Positions 1 to 12,763 of a DNA stretch of 64,000 nt are shown piece after piece (positions within the stretch are counted from its first letter, which is position 1; every line of letters starts with the position of its first letter). Origin of the DNA: Balanoglossus misakiensis (lineage: Eukaryota; Animalia; Hemichordata); contig CM082585.2 in NCBI GenBank assembly GCA_040954595.2, positions 9,288,564 to 9,352,563 of the forward strand, read 5' to 3'. Both the position numbers and the translations under genes were made by a program. Under the pieces are notes generated by a model that was given only the letters and a program-made list of their open reading frames with translations, was not told the DNA's origin and made no database searches.

Positions 1-3000
1 AGACGAGCCATAAAATTAATACTGTACCTGGAGGTCAGTGAGGAGTTTTTTAATCAAATCATAATTGCCCTCCTAAATACAACGATTTCAGTTTAATAAA
101 ATAGAGAAATATTCGGAATGTGCTTGGTTAGACTGGTTGTTAAGAGCGTGACGTGGTTGTTAAACGCGAGCAGACGAGCTCAGGATACAGATTGCTAGCT
201 GATCGAATTCTCCACGGCCGGCAGCGTATTCGAATTAACCTTCGCCGAAAGTGATGGAGACTGATTTGAAAGCGAATTCTAAATTACATTAACCGTTCTC
301 TAGGTTGGGTTTATGCCACAGGAAACGTCGCGGAGAATTTCACCCTTTTTGTACAATGTCAATATTTATTACATGAACAATTAGATTAATGGCGCGGGGG
401 TTGATTTGCCTCGCGCAATATAGCGAATAACACGAAGATTCCCCCATGCACGCTTTACCCATACTATTATCTCTCTGCGTCAAGCAAAGGATTTATTGAA
501 GTGTTTACGTGGAATACTCAAACATGAGGTGTGCAAGCGATATCCTCGTAATCTGACTCTAACCATCAAAACAAAATAACAGATCCGAGCTGTTCCGTCA
601 ATGATCCCCGTCGTCAATCGCCAACCTCCCTTGTCTTGCTCGTTTTTTTAAAGTAAAAAACACACATTACATATACGAAGATTTGGGAAACGGGTCACTT
701 GTGGTTTATGGTTCGAGCGCCAAACTTAAACCTCAGGCCGGCTCACGTTATTCCCGCGAAAATGCCACAAAAATCGTTGATGACGTACTAGTACTTCATG
801 CACCTGCACCGGCATTGCCAACGCGCATGCGTCAGGCTGTCATAACCCATTTGGGGTCGTTCCGTAACTCCGTTCCATCGAGACTCACCGTTACTTCATC
901 TAAATAACGCCCGGGGACGTTAAAACTGACCGTTAAGCTGAGCCAGTGGTTAACCTTTCTGTTGCGACCACCTGCTGTAGAATCAAAAATTTATCTCACG
1001 GTCGTGAACTCTGGCATTCTCCATGCTGTGAAATTCGAGCGTGTAAATTTTAATTAAACGCTATATATCAGTGGTAATGTTTGCCTTTTTCGAAGTATTC
1101 ACACATTTACATGATCATTTCTTGTGAACGAGCCTTTCTTGTGCAATCTGACGTCATCGACTCTGAATCGAACTTCTAACAATGATACGTTCGCGGTTTG
1201 TAGTTTGTCTGGCGGCCATTTTGTTTTTTACAGAAAACGCGGACACGACTTTAATATTTTCTCAAAGGAATTAAGAGCTTCTATTTATGAGTAAAAGGCA
1301 TATTTATAAATGACAACAGATCTACAGAGGCTTAGTTTTTCTTCCGACAGCAACGTAAAGGTCTTTTTGGTAAATTTCCACCAAACCTATCAAAGAGCGG
1401 AAGCGATGGCAAAATCCACTCATATAGCGATCAATACGGCGTTAATTCTGAAAGGGCTAAAGCATGAAAGCCCCGGTTATCGACGTGAAACAGCTTTTAC
1501 CATTTGTATGAAAAATATTTAGATATAATTTATAGTTCTTTTATTACATGTAAATGGCAGTGTAGCAGATTTATGTCTGTGTTCAGACGTGACATTCTGA
1601 TGTAATGGAAGCCCAGAAGCAGAACTCATTTCTCTTTCCGAAACATTTTAATAAATCCTCGTGGCGCGCTATTAATCTGTGAAGCATTGAAATATCTGGA
1701 GGATCAATTTGCGGCCTTCAGAAACGGACGTCGTTGTTATCTTCTGCTGACACAAAGTATCTGTCGTCTGCAACGCTGTGCGGAATATAGGCTTGGCGCC
1801 AAATCGTCGATCAGGGTTCTGAGGAGTGAAGATCGATCCCGAGTGTATTCTCGATGATTATTGTAACCCCCAAATCCGACGACCCGGAAAAGACATTCGA
1901 GATCTACGCGTCGAAGAAGGCGCCAATTTCCTTCTGCGGAATACAGCGACGGTTTCGGACGAACGCCCTGACATTTAAAGCTGACACTTTCAACGCGAGA
2001 TAAAAACAAAAGCTCTAATGACGGCGCGGAGCAAATTACCTGCCCGTGGAGTGATGCTGACACGTTGCTATGGCATCGCCAATAAATTACCACCACAGGA
2101 CCCGGGTAAATTGCTCCGCTATTTCTGAAACTAGGGATTCGCATGCGAACGATTCTCAAACAGCCCTGCAATCATGAGCCCTTGACTGAAACGTCCGTTT
2201 AATTTTTTGATTAATTGGTGCCCCAAAGAATCACACCAGCTGCCGACAATGGAGCAGCCTCGGAAAATCACACGACTCTGAATTGCCCTTGTCGGTCACA
2301 GAATGTCACGACTGATGAACGCTTGACGAGCGGGGTGTGTGAGGTCAGCATCGGATGGACATTTCGTCAAAAAAACGACAGCTTGACGCTAATGACGCAG
2401 CCATCATGGACCGACATGACGTCACACCATTTAATTTCGTTGGAGTTTTTTCCCGCCACAGCCGGATGCGTGGCCAAAACTAATGGCCAATAGCCGAAGG
2501 ATATGAGCTCACATGTTCTGACATTCTAATATGTGAAACTCACCAGCCTTCATGGCCAGTCTCGAGGATTTCGTCCACGTCATTGACTGCTCTTAAAATC
2601 CCCAGCACGCGCCAGTGTCAACGAGAAAAAAACACCGCCAAACACTGGGGAAATTAGCATACTTCTCGTGGTACAAGTTTATCCCCGGACCATTAGCTAA
2701 AGCGTAGTCACGTTCGAATAACACAAGCCAATGAACACTTTGCGACGCGAGACAAAGTAGGCACACGCTTGTGATCATGCTCCGCAATCATGAATTTTCC
2801 CATAGCTTTTGTGAAACTGAGTATGGGGTATTTTAATGGGTTCCTTGGATTTTTGGCCGCCTGCAAACAGATTTTATCGAATAGATGATGAATTGACACA
2901 AAGCCCTATCTCGTGAGTCATCACAAACGATGTCCTTTCTCATTCTCGTCAAGGTGAATAGGATGTAATTATAATTTGATCAATATCACGGCATGCGCCA

Positions 3001-6000
3001 TTATTCCGATGACGTCACATCCGGGCTCATACCAACGAGCGGAGATGTTTCCGAGTCAGTAACTTGTGCTTATTACTGTTCGCGTGGCCCTCCTCCACAA
3101 AGGGTGTGAAAAAAAACTGTCAGGCTGAGTAAATCTCCCCAACGCGCGGGTAACCATGGTCACTGCGTGATTCTGGTGTCACTGTCATAAAGTGGACAGT
3201 TTTCCCGCAAATGTCTACGTCGACGAGAACATGCACAGATACAGAAAATAAATTGACTGTGACGGGCTTTCCGGCTTGGAGTTGAATAGCATCTTGAGCG
3301 CGAACCTTCTCCCTTTAATAACGCATGGAATTGTGTGACTATACGGCAGGTGGTACACTTGACTAAAGCCTTCTTGATTCGCCATTAATTTTAAACGAAA
3401 CGAGTCTTAAACGCGCCATCGTCGCTCACAGGTTGGACAAGCGCAGAAGCTTTGGATCATTACGAGCTGAAGTAGTCTCCGTGGCGATCAAACTGTCGGA
3501 ACTGGCGGCTTATCTCACAATGCCGCGCGGTATTTTGTAACTCCCACGGATAACACCCCCCCCCCCTCTCTCTCTCTCTCTCGCCACCGGTCGAGGGAGC
3601 ACGATATAGTGGGTTCTCACTAACCCGAAAACTCTTTGAAGTTTTTAAAAGTTTGCAATTTGAACAAAACCACGAATTGTCTGAACCATGGTGATTTGTG
3701 TTCAGAGGATATAAAACACAGGCGTAATCGGTTTAAAAGCTTCACACCAGCGCCATCATGATCGCCCTGCAGTGCCGCGACTCTCACCGTATACGTACAC
3801 ACCATAGGAATGTATTACTCGTAGGATATTTGCTCTCTCCTCACGTCGTTCTATACCACATAGTCTAGCCTACATCCTATCTTATTGCAATAAAATGCAT
3901 CTGACTTCAGTTATTTAGACTAGCATATTAATTCAAGTCCAAAAATTTCATCCATTATTGCTTTGCTTACTACAGTGTGTTATTACGAATCATTAAAATG
4001 TGCTCAGTCCCCTTCCCCTCGTAAAATATACATCACATCATTTCATGTCATATTAATTATATGCAAACAAAAGAAATTTATTAACGTCATTAATATATTA
4101 TGGTTTTTTTCAGCTTATCTATAACATTTAAGATTTAGTTATTCTGTGTTGCTTAATAATGTATAACCTCTGACAATTAGTTATTCAAATATTTTATTTA
4201 TGGGTATTTTGCTTTTTGTACGCACGACGATAAAGTTGCCTACAGGCAGCCTTTTTAACGCAAACCTGTTCGTCGTTGTCTCTGCAAGACCTCGAATTCT
4301 CGAAAGTAGCTAATGATCTCTCCGCTACATTCCATACACACGTACTACATGTGTAGCAGTTATGCCAGGCACGTCCACAGATTCTATGTATAATGGCTGT
4401 ACGTACTACACATCGGCTGGCACCCGCGAAAATTCGCGTAATGCGTTTAAGATGGATCTTCTCGTAAAAGTGCCACTCAAATTACTATAGCTCATCGGAA
4501 ATTTTTATTTCTCATCAGCTATTGTATTACCTAAAGCAATTTCAGCTTAAAAAGAAACCGACTCACTTTCCATATCGTTGACATATAAAAGAAAGTACCA
4601 ACTGAAAATATATATTTCTCGATATAACCGATCGATTTACAGAAGGCTGTGCTTAGCCTAGTTTCGATATTTGCAGAGAACGCATCTAAAGCACACCTTC
4701 GCATTGATATCACTGAATGGCCTAGAAAAGTTTGTTCTATAGAGCGAGTTCAAGCCATAAATTCATAATTACGAGTCTTTTGGGTCAGGATACGTTCTTT
4801 TTAAGATTCCACCAGTAGAAATTCTGGGAACAAAGGCATGAAGCAAAGAGAGATAAACGAATACGACGAGCGGTCACTTTTAACATTTGATATAAAAGAA
4901 CCACCATAATTGCGAAAATACATTAAGCTTTTCACGCACCTTCGCGAGAATAACTCGACGGCCGCTTTCGAGTCGAGTTAGCGAGATACGTGTATTTAAA
5001 ATTAGTTATATTGTAAGGTAACGTTCTCTTTCTTTCTTTCTTTCTTTATTTCCCCAACAGAGTTCGTGAAAAACATGTCCATCGACAGTTTGCTGAAGAA
5101 GTCATGACAATTACCGAACGCCTCGGAGGAATCTCCTATCCGAGAAACCAAACTTTGAATTCTGATTTCGAAAACTATGCATATCAGAGAAAACTTGTTA
5201 TTGAAAAGACGACAATCAAGATTTGCGTATTTTTGTACTGTTCTTTTACTCATTGTTTTTAAATTTTACGAAAAAAATGTCATGCTCACATTTGAGTTTT
5301 TATATAGTACTGTAATGAATACAAGGGACAGATGTTATATAATTTTCATTTAAAGGTGCACACTGCTCGCTTGAATTAAGTGCTTCGAATTTATGATTGA
5401 CACCGAACGTTATCAAGCAGACGTGGGTTCCCGAACTTTGCTGACGAGTCCCGGTGATTCGCGCTTCTCAGCGGGACAGAACGATCTATTTTGAACCAAA
5501 AACGCACACCTCTGCCGGAAAAGAAGGAGGTTACACTTTATGTACATGCAACTATCTGTAGAGGAGTAGTCAATTTTATACTTAAAGAAGAGAGAAGCTC
5601 GTAGCGTTAGAAGTAGAAGCTTTCAGACTGCACTTTCTAGAGTTCGTATTCCACGATGTCAGGTTTGTGGTTCACCGCGCAGTGATGGATGGGATTATAG
5701 ACGCAACGGATGATGAGGCCGCGCGTAAATCATGCGCTCAACACGTGATAATGATAGAATATGTGAGACTCGGCGGACGATAATTTTTGCATGTAGGTAT
5801 GTCAGTCACATCCCCATGGAAATGCGTTTCAGAGATAACGCGAGATGCATCTGATCTCAGAAATTGAAAAAGGTAATCCCTATTGTTTTAACCGGGGCTG
5901 CCTGAAACAATTTCTCACGTAGTTAACACGAAAGATCGACTACGGAAAATGTCAGTACGACATGCTTGCATGATTGTAGAATGTATTACAGCATTTGCGT

Positions 6001-7281
6001 AGTCTCTCAGTGGGGGAGACATTTTTTAACTATGTAAATATGTGCTGTAAATAATACGGGAACCAATTATTACACGCTGTTCTCTCGCGAGATATCGCGA
6101 GATTCGAAAAAAAACCCAGATGTTTTCCTCTTTTATTCCATAAACTTTTAACTCCAAACCACAGAGTACAGTTTGCACAAATAGCTTGAGTCTTTAGTCT
6201 AGGAATTCCGAATATCATAAATCTGATATCTGAGACCTTATCTTAAATTCTATTGAATTTTTTACCGAGGTCAGTGACCTCCAAATATATCTTAGATAAT
6301 GTCTAGGCTTTTGAGCCACATGAAATGAAATATTTGTTACTCGTGCCGAATAGACCCACGTTTTTACTCCGAGTTCTATTTTATAACTCGCTGCATATAT
6401 TGAGCTTTTACGAAGCAAATAAAGTACAGATGCTTTTAATGATCACATGTTACTCAAGAATCCTTCTACGAAGCACTGTAATCTTCTCATTTCTTGTTTA
6501 AAAAATTAAAAAGTGTGACAGTAATGACAATATATCGGCCGTGTTGTTTTTGTGGACACACGAGAAATTGTGGCTTTTGAAATGATTGATTGTTTCGGCC
6601 AAGTGGCTGTACCGTAATTTAGTGCGTGATGCGTTTAACTCATAAACGAGGAAACGAACACTCTTCCGCCATGAAATATATGTTAACAGGGACCCCGTTG
6701 CCTGAGTCATGAAACCAACGGTTAAGACTCCTACTTAGTCGGTAATGACGGCTGAAAAATTGAATAACACCGAAACTGGGGAAATCCACGCATGCGCATG
6801 TTTGATGCGTTCCAAAGAATGGCTTTCTATGTATGTATGTCAAAATAGCACATCCCGATTGAAGCTTGTCATTTATCGAGTATTTGTAAATGAACTTTGA
6901 AGTTAATTAAGTTTTATGTTATTGATGTGTGCTACATTTCAACTATGTTACTCTTTGTAAAAATTTAAATGACATCGAGTGGCGGAAAGGACAGCTGCTA
7001 TCTTCCTCGTTAAAAACTGTATGCTCAATAAAATATATATGCAAAATTCTTATCAAATGCGAGTCGTTTCCCATTCTTTCATCGATATCACCGTTCAGTA
7101 TCGAACCACCTGCTAAAATCAGCAGTACTGAGAAAAATGTGTGCATATACAACGCTTGCTGGTGCTGGGGACCAGGCTCACACGACGCGCTTCAGAACCA
7201 TACGAATTAGAGGGAAGACCAGGCGTTTGTCTCGACAACAACGACTACGAACTACGATGATAACAACAGCAGCACTGAGTA

Positions 7282-7325
7282 GCAACAACACAACAACAAC
7301 AACAACAACAATCATAACAACAACA
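7282..7325. repeat. (CAA)n microsatellite
   Basis: Run of caacaacaa... seen directly; it produces the poly-Thr/poly-Val ORFs in the ORF track. Confidence 0.85.
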
Positions 7326-8267
7326 GTGTTCAACATGCCCTCAAGATAAAACAAGTACAGCTCGCTGAAGTATTCCCACTTTGAGTACGGAAAGACGTTT
7401 ATAGAAATTAAATCAAAATATGACAAAGCTATTTTCACATTGGCGGCATACCAGCATATCAAACAACACGCTACACGACATGGAGTGACCTCTATGACCT
7501 CGGCAAAACTACAAAACTTGCAAAACTTCACCAGACAGAAAGTTGAACTACCGGTCTTTTCAGTTAAACGCTGTGTAGTTAAGGTTTACGACATATTTTC
7601 CTCTTTTGCGGCAGAGACAACACCCTAGTAACTCCGTCGGCAAACTCAAGTCACAAACTGCCGACTCGGATGAGATAAATTATACGCTCTTATAACATTT
7701 ACCGCACAGCTCGTCATAGCAAACGCCCGGTCACTGTACTTATAAATGACGTCACATGTATAGTGATGTATACAAGAGAAATATCATGAAGTTTCAAGAA
7801 ACTATTATGTAATAAAAGCATCTTAGTCCAGGTAGACCGTGTTGAGGGCGCTGGTAAAATGGCAGTTGTAATTTAAATTAGAATATGCGATAATATTATT
7901 GCATCGATAGGTCAGTATGGGGTAGATAGTGTAAATTGCTGAAAGGGGGTAATTTAATGGCAGTGAAATGTGAAAGGAAAATTCAACAGTATAGTCTATC
8001 ATTTCTAAACTACTAACACAAAACTACCAATTACTTCATTAAAACTGTCTGCGATGTATCCAGCCAAGCTGCACAGTTGAGACCAGGACTACATTTTAGA
8101 CTAAAAGGTCGTCTGTCTCTATAGCTGAGACACACGCAGAAACATGTATAATGCTTGGCTATTGCCATGGCGACTATCACCCGAGCGGATGAATACTAGT
8201 ACGACGCTTGTGATTTCAGAGTTGTCCTCGCGGCGGTGTTTGCAATCCAAGCAACGAATTTCCTCTC

Positions 8268-8688
8268 TTAAGGATGTACGTTCAGTAAAATTGAAAGTAT
8301 TGTCATTTTTTTTAATTGTGGATTTTTGAATTCTCCTTTGTATGTATAATGAAAATCCGTAATAAAATATAGGGGTCACCGCGCTTGTTTTTGAAATACA
8401 GAGCCATGAATTTAGTCGATAATAGAAGAAAACTGCTGACTCAGCATTTTTCACCAATGGTTTGTCTATGGGCAAAATTTTTGACGCAATTTATCTCAAA
8501 ATAGAGCGCGGTGACCCCTATATTTTATTTGACCAATGAATTTATATTTGCTGGACTGAGCTATGTGTAAAATTTCGTGAAAATGACAATAGTAGAAGTT
8601 TGTTTTCTAGCAATTTTCAATGTAATCCTATGGGAAAAAGACCGGGCGCGCACTGTTTCCGGTTTATGTTCTGCGCGTACATCCTTAA
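8268..8688. mobile_element. Non-autonomous TTAA-targeting DNA transposon (MITE, Kolobok-like)
   Basis: The ends are perfect inverted copies, TTAA|GGATGTACG (8268-8280) and CGTACATCC|TTAA (8676-8688). There is also an internal 25-bp inverted repeat AATAAAATATAGGGGTCACCGCGCT (8361-8385 / 8505-8529). No transposase ORF. A TTAA target with purine-purine termini fits the Kolobok superfamily. Confidence 0.7.
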
Positions 8689-11214
8689 TGCACACGTCCA
8701 GCAAACAGGTTCCGTTCAGAGAGAGACTGAGTACACTTAGTGCATGACAGGTCTTTCATGTGGAGAAAGAGTGTGAGATTCCAAATGATTGCCCGATGCC
8801 ATTTGTTGGATGTTTGTTCGTCATATATATCTGCTCCTTTCTCGAGTGTGTCTTGTTCAACAACTCGGTCCAAGTATTGACGAGAAGTGCCATCGTGTCA
8901 CCGGACTCTGCAGTGCAGGATAATTTAAGACGCGTGAGATCAAAGGTTACTAGTATTACAAAACGTAAAATATTTTATGGAACTGTCTCGACACATTTCA
9001 GTGTTGTGATGAATGCCCGGTGAAATTTTCAAGTCAAAACAACGCACGGCCTATCCACCCTAGGGTGTGTGGTCCCTTGAATCTACGTTTATCGTCTTGT
9101 GACACAGTTTCGTTCACATCGACGTATGCAATCGCCTTTTTAAAATCTTTACAGCCTCCATTTCGCTGCCACAATATCGAGGTGAGAAAATGACAATTAA
9201 GAAACGCAAGCAACTTCATTTTTAGCGACACTTCATATGTGTCGGCCTACAGCCGTCCGAATAGAGACCTTAGTGATAAACGCTCTGTGTGTAAATTTGC
9301 TTTCAATCCCCGAATGTTTACATTATATTTTTTTACTAATAGATGTTTTAAGAGATTCTTTTGTTGGAAATCATTATAACTATTTGCAAACCACTTTCAG
9401 CCGGAATTGCGTCTAGTGCGCTGATTTGATCAATAAATTAATATCGGTGTCAGCGGCGATTTCCTCGACTGTGTGAAGTTGTCGCTTATTATTATCGATG
9501 ATTAAAAAGCGTTGAATTAAATTAATTTTGGATTTTCTTCTTTGTGTAGATGCGGATTTTGAATGGGCGCCATAAGTCTTACTAATTACATAGCTTGAGT
9601 CTGTATGTCTTTGGTTTGTGATAACAAGCGACGCCTAAAATATTAATCTGCTAACAAATACACATTTTGAAGTCTGTTTTGGACAAAGTAGGCTGACAAC
9701 GCATGATTAGTTTGAATAACAAAAACGCATAAAAAATACTAAATATTACTTATAGTTTTGCACCGTAGACCATGTGATATTAGTATTACGCTGTGTATTA
9801 CGTCACTGGCAAATCTATCTCACAGGCCTTCCTTTGTCTTTATGGACCGACAGAAGAGTTTCTACTGTGGGCTATTTATAAATTCCAACATTTGGAGTTA
9901 GCAGACAAGAGGTCTTAACCGCAATTACTTTCTTTTTTTGTCCAATCTATCGGTCAAAGAGAGCGACTCGCACAAACTGCGAGTCGGCAATTTCAACACT
10001 TTCAGAAGTATCGAGTGGTACTAATTTCACGTTGCTTAGCAACTGGCACTAAGTTGTAAAAAAGTATGGTACATATACTCTCGCTATATTTAATATTCAT
10101 TTCAAGCCTTGGTGATAATTAAGAGAGAGGTCGAAAACAGGGTTCGTAGTATTGCATTGAGCCCATATAAATTTATTAGTATCGCCATTTTGATTAAAGC
10201 TCGAATACTTCGCCGTAACACACTCGCCAATTGCCCTGAGGAAATTATCTTGTTTTCTGCATTTATTTATTTCACTGAAACGTAATCGTCGTTTTATTAT
10301 GAAAGCATGGCTTTACTTTCCCATCGTTTCGTCCGCGTGCCAGTTTCCAAAGCAAAGAAGACCTAATCACCGGTACAGTACGATGACTTCAGGTCTGGAA
10401 CAACACTTTTACCGAACATAATTAACAAAGGTGGCTTGGTCATGACCTAAGACTAGGAATCTCCCTTAGTTATCAAAAAATCTAAATTTTAAAATCACAG
10501 TTCACCAGTAAGTATACCAGAAAGGTGTAGTGGCCACAGTTGAATATCACATGAATGCAATCAAATTATGCCATTTGTACAGCAGCCTGCAGGATCGGGG
10601 TCTCCCACAAACTCAATCAGCTCGCTTCAATTTCAAAAATATTTGACACACGCTTTTGACTAACGGCATAGTTTAAATGCTGCGTTTATTTCAGCGAGCT
10701 TGCAGGCTATTCATGACAGGCGGGGTCGCCGTGACCCAGGCCTCAGCCCATGCCAGGCTGTTCATAAGCAGCTATACTAAATTTCCCTACCTTCCTACTG
10801 TACAGTTTTAATGTCTCAAGGACACAAGCAAATGTTCTATCCATCCACCCATCCATCCATCATATTTTAGAGTTAGAACAATTACGAATACCATGTGTTG
10901 GATTTTCTTTCAAGTGAAGCGTAAAAACCATAAGAGTCGGACGTGCCTTTCCTGAAATGCGCTATATTGATGTCCAACTAGGGAAACTAAATATAGTTCC
11001 GTTCCAAACATCAATTCATCTCCTGAAGGTATACCAGCGGAAATTAACAGGATTTTTATACAGCGGATTGTTAATTGATATAGCTCGCGCGCTGTTGTAT
11101 AGCTGGCGCCTGCCATAGACCCCGGGAGCCGGGCAAAATATATATTTCCGGGGAAGCATTCCGCAAACACATCCACGCACCAATCATGACTAAACAAACC
11201 GAAAATGCACTTAC

Positions 11215-11420
11215 CCTGCGGGTAAACTAAAGCGCCGCCAACGTCATAGTAGATGCCGAATGCTTGTCTTTGTCGATGACGATGTGTCGTTCTCCGAACT
11301 CTGTCCGAAATTGGCTTAACGAATCAAGTACACTCACTCATCCCCGAGCTGGTCAAATCTGCCGTGAGGCCTGTGGTGATTGGCGCGGGGATTTACCACA
11401 GTTGCTGGCTGTCCAATCAC
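11215..11420 (-). promoter_or_regulatory. Candidate promoter and non-coding first exon of a leftward gene
   Basis: Strong minus-strand donor CAGG|GTAAGT (exon end 11215). An inverted pair of CCAAT boxes lies just upstream: GTGATTGG 11376-11383 and CCAATCAC 11413-11420. No downstream coding exon identified in the window. Confidence 0.3.
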
Positions 11421-12623
11421 GCTGCAAGAAACGGAGAAAATGCAAAAGGTGTTAGACTGACCTGGCGTGGTGACTAGAAAAGTGCGGTCATTCACAGTAT
11501 TTCATATTTACGGCAAACTCTGATTTTCAAAGCAAAGTATGCCGCGAAATGCGAAAGTGACAGTGTTCAAAGCAGCGTGCCTGTGACAGAGTGACTGATG
11601 ATTATCCGAAGGCGGCCATATCAAAGTAGGCGATCGTATGATTTCGAACGAGCTTCGTTTTAACCTCGCCGAAGTTCACACCAGGCTTAACCTCTCTCCC
11701 ACCAGACAAACTAACGTGCCCGGATTGATATAGCGAGAGATAGATTGTCAAAGTTCATAAAGTAATACACTCTTTTTCTTCATAGACATTGTGTACTTGT
11801 TCCTGGAACCAGCAGGTGCGCGGCCACACGAATCTCGCCGTCACCCTGTGCGGGCGCCCTGATCAGAACTAGGCCAATGATTTCTCGACGTGCCATTCAG
11901 CTCGTCTCAATGAAACACGTTCAAACTCGACTCAGAATCGCAACGTCAAAGAAAGTTGACCCCCCTCCCCCAAAGGAATCGATGAAATGTATAGTCAACA
12001 TGGCGCGTGAAAAGCACACGATAATTCACATGATTTGAATGCCTTTGTCCTCTGAAAGAAGTTGATTTAAAGGCAAAGTTGACTGGAAAAGTCATGTGTT
12101 CAAGCATACCTTCTAATGACATCATATTGTACATGTATTCGAATTTACAAAATTACAAATTCACTGTCAGTCTTTATCAAGTACACCAGAGTGCGTGGTA
12201 GAGTTTGGAAAAGTTTCTCTTTTCCATATCTTGGTTGGGGATGGAAAGTACTCTGATAATTAAAGACATGACAGGAAACTTGTTGGTGGCGGAGAGGTTC
12301 CTAAATGTGGATCTGACCTACTCACAAATTCAGTCAAATATATCGATTATCATAGACAATAGAAACATTTATAGTGCGTTTAGAGACGGTTCGATTTTAC
12401 TTAATACTTGTTTATAAAAAGTGACTTTATTTTGGTTATCGTCCGGCGTTCGCCGTGACCACGCCCCCGGGGTATACATCTCTGTGACTTTATTTCGTCA
12501 CTCAAAGATTTCTCCTCTACGTCAGGAGTGTTTGGTAGAGGTGTGATCTCTCAACGCTTCGTTCAATTACCGGCGGGGCGTTCATCTATTTTATTGCGTC
12601 GGTGAACCAAAACCCAACGGGGT

Positions 12624-12629
12624 TATAAA
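12624..12629 (+). promoter_or_regulatory. TATA box candidate for CaML1
   Basis: TATAAA about 135 nt upstream of the CaML1 ATG (12764). Confidence 0.4.
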
Positions 12630-12763
12630 TACGCCGCACGGTGGCATACATGTGTGCGAGACGCCCAGTACCTGGTAACCGAACCACCACAAAGACGGCT
12701 GCTTGAAGACCCCTTTTTCTGTTAAAAACAAAGGCGGTGTGACCGTTCAGCGACTGTTTTCCG

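Noticed and set aside
6083-6102. Near-palindrome TCTCGCGAGATATCGCGAGA
   Set aside because: Isolated and probably part of a decayed repeat; element ends could not be defined.
1-12600. Many 60-144 aa ORFs in the ORF track
   Set aside because: No recognisable domains, no consistent exon chains, and many non-ATG starts; consistent with random ORFs in non-coding DNA.
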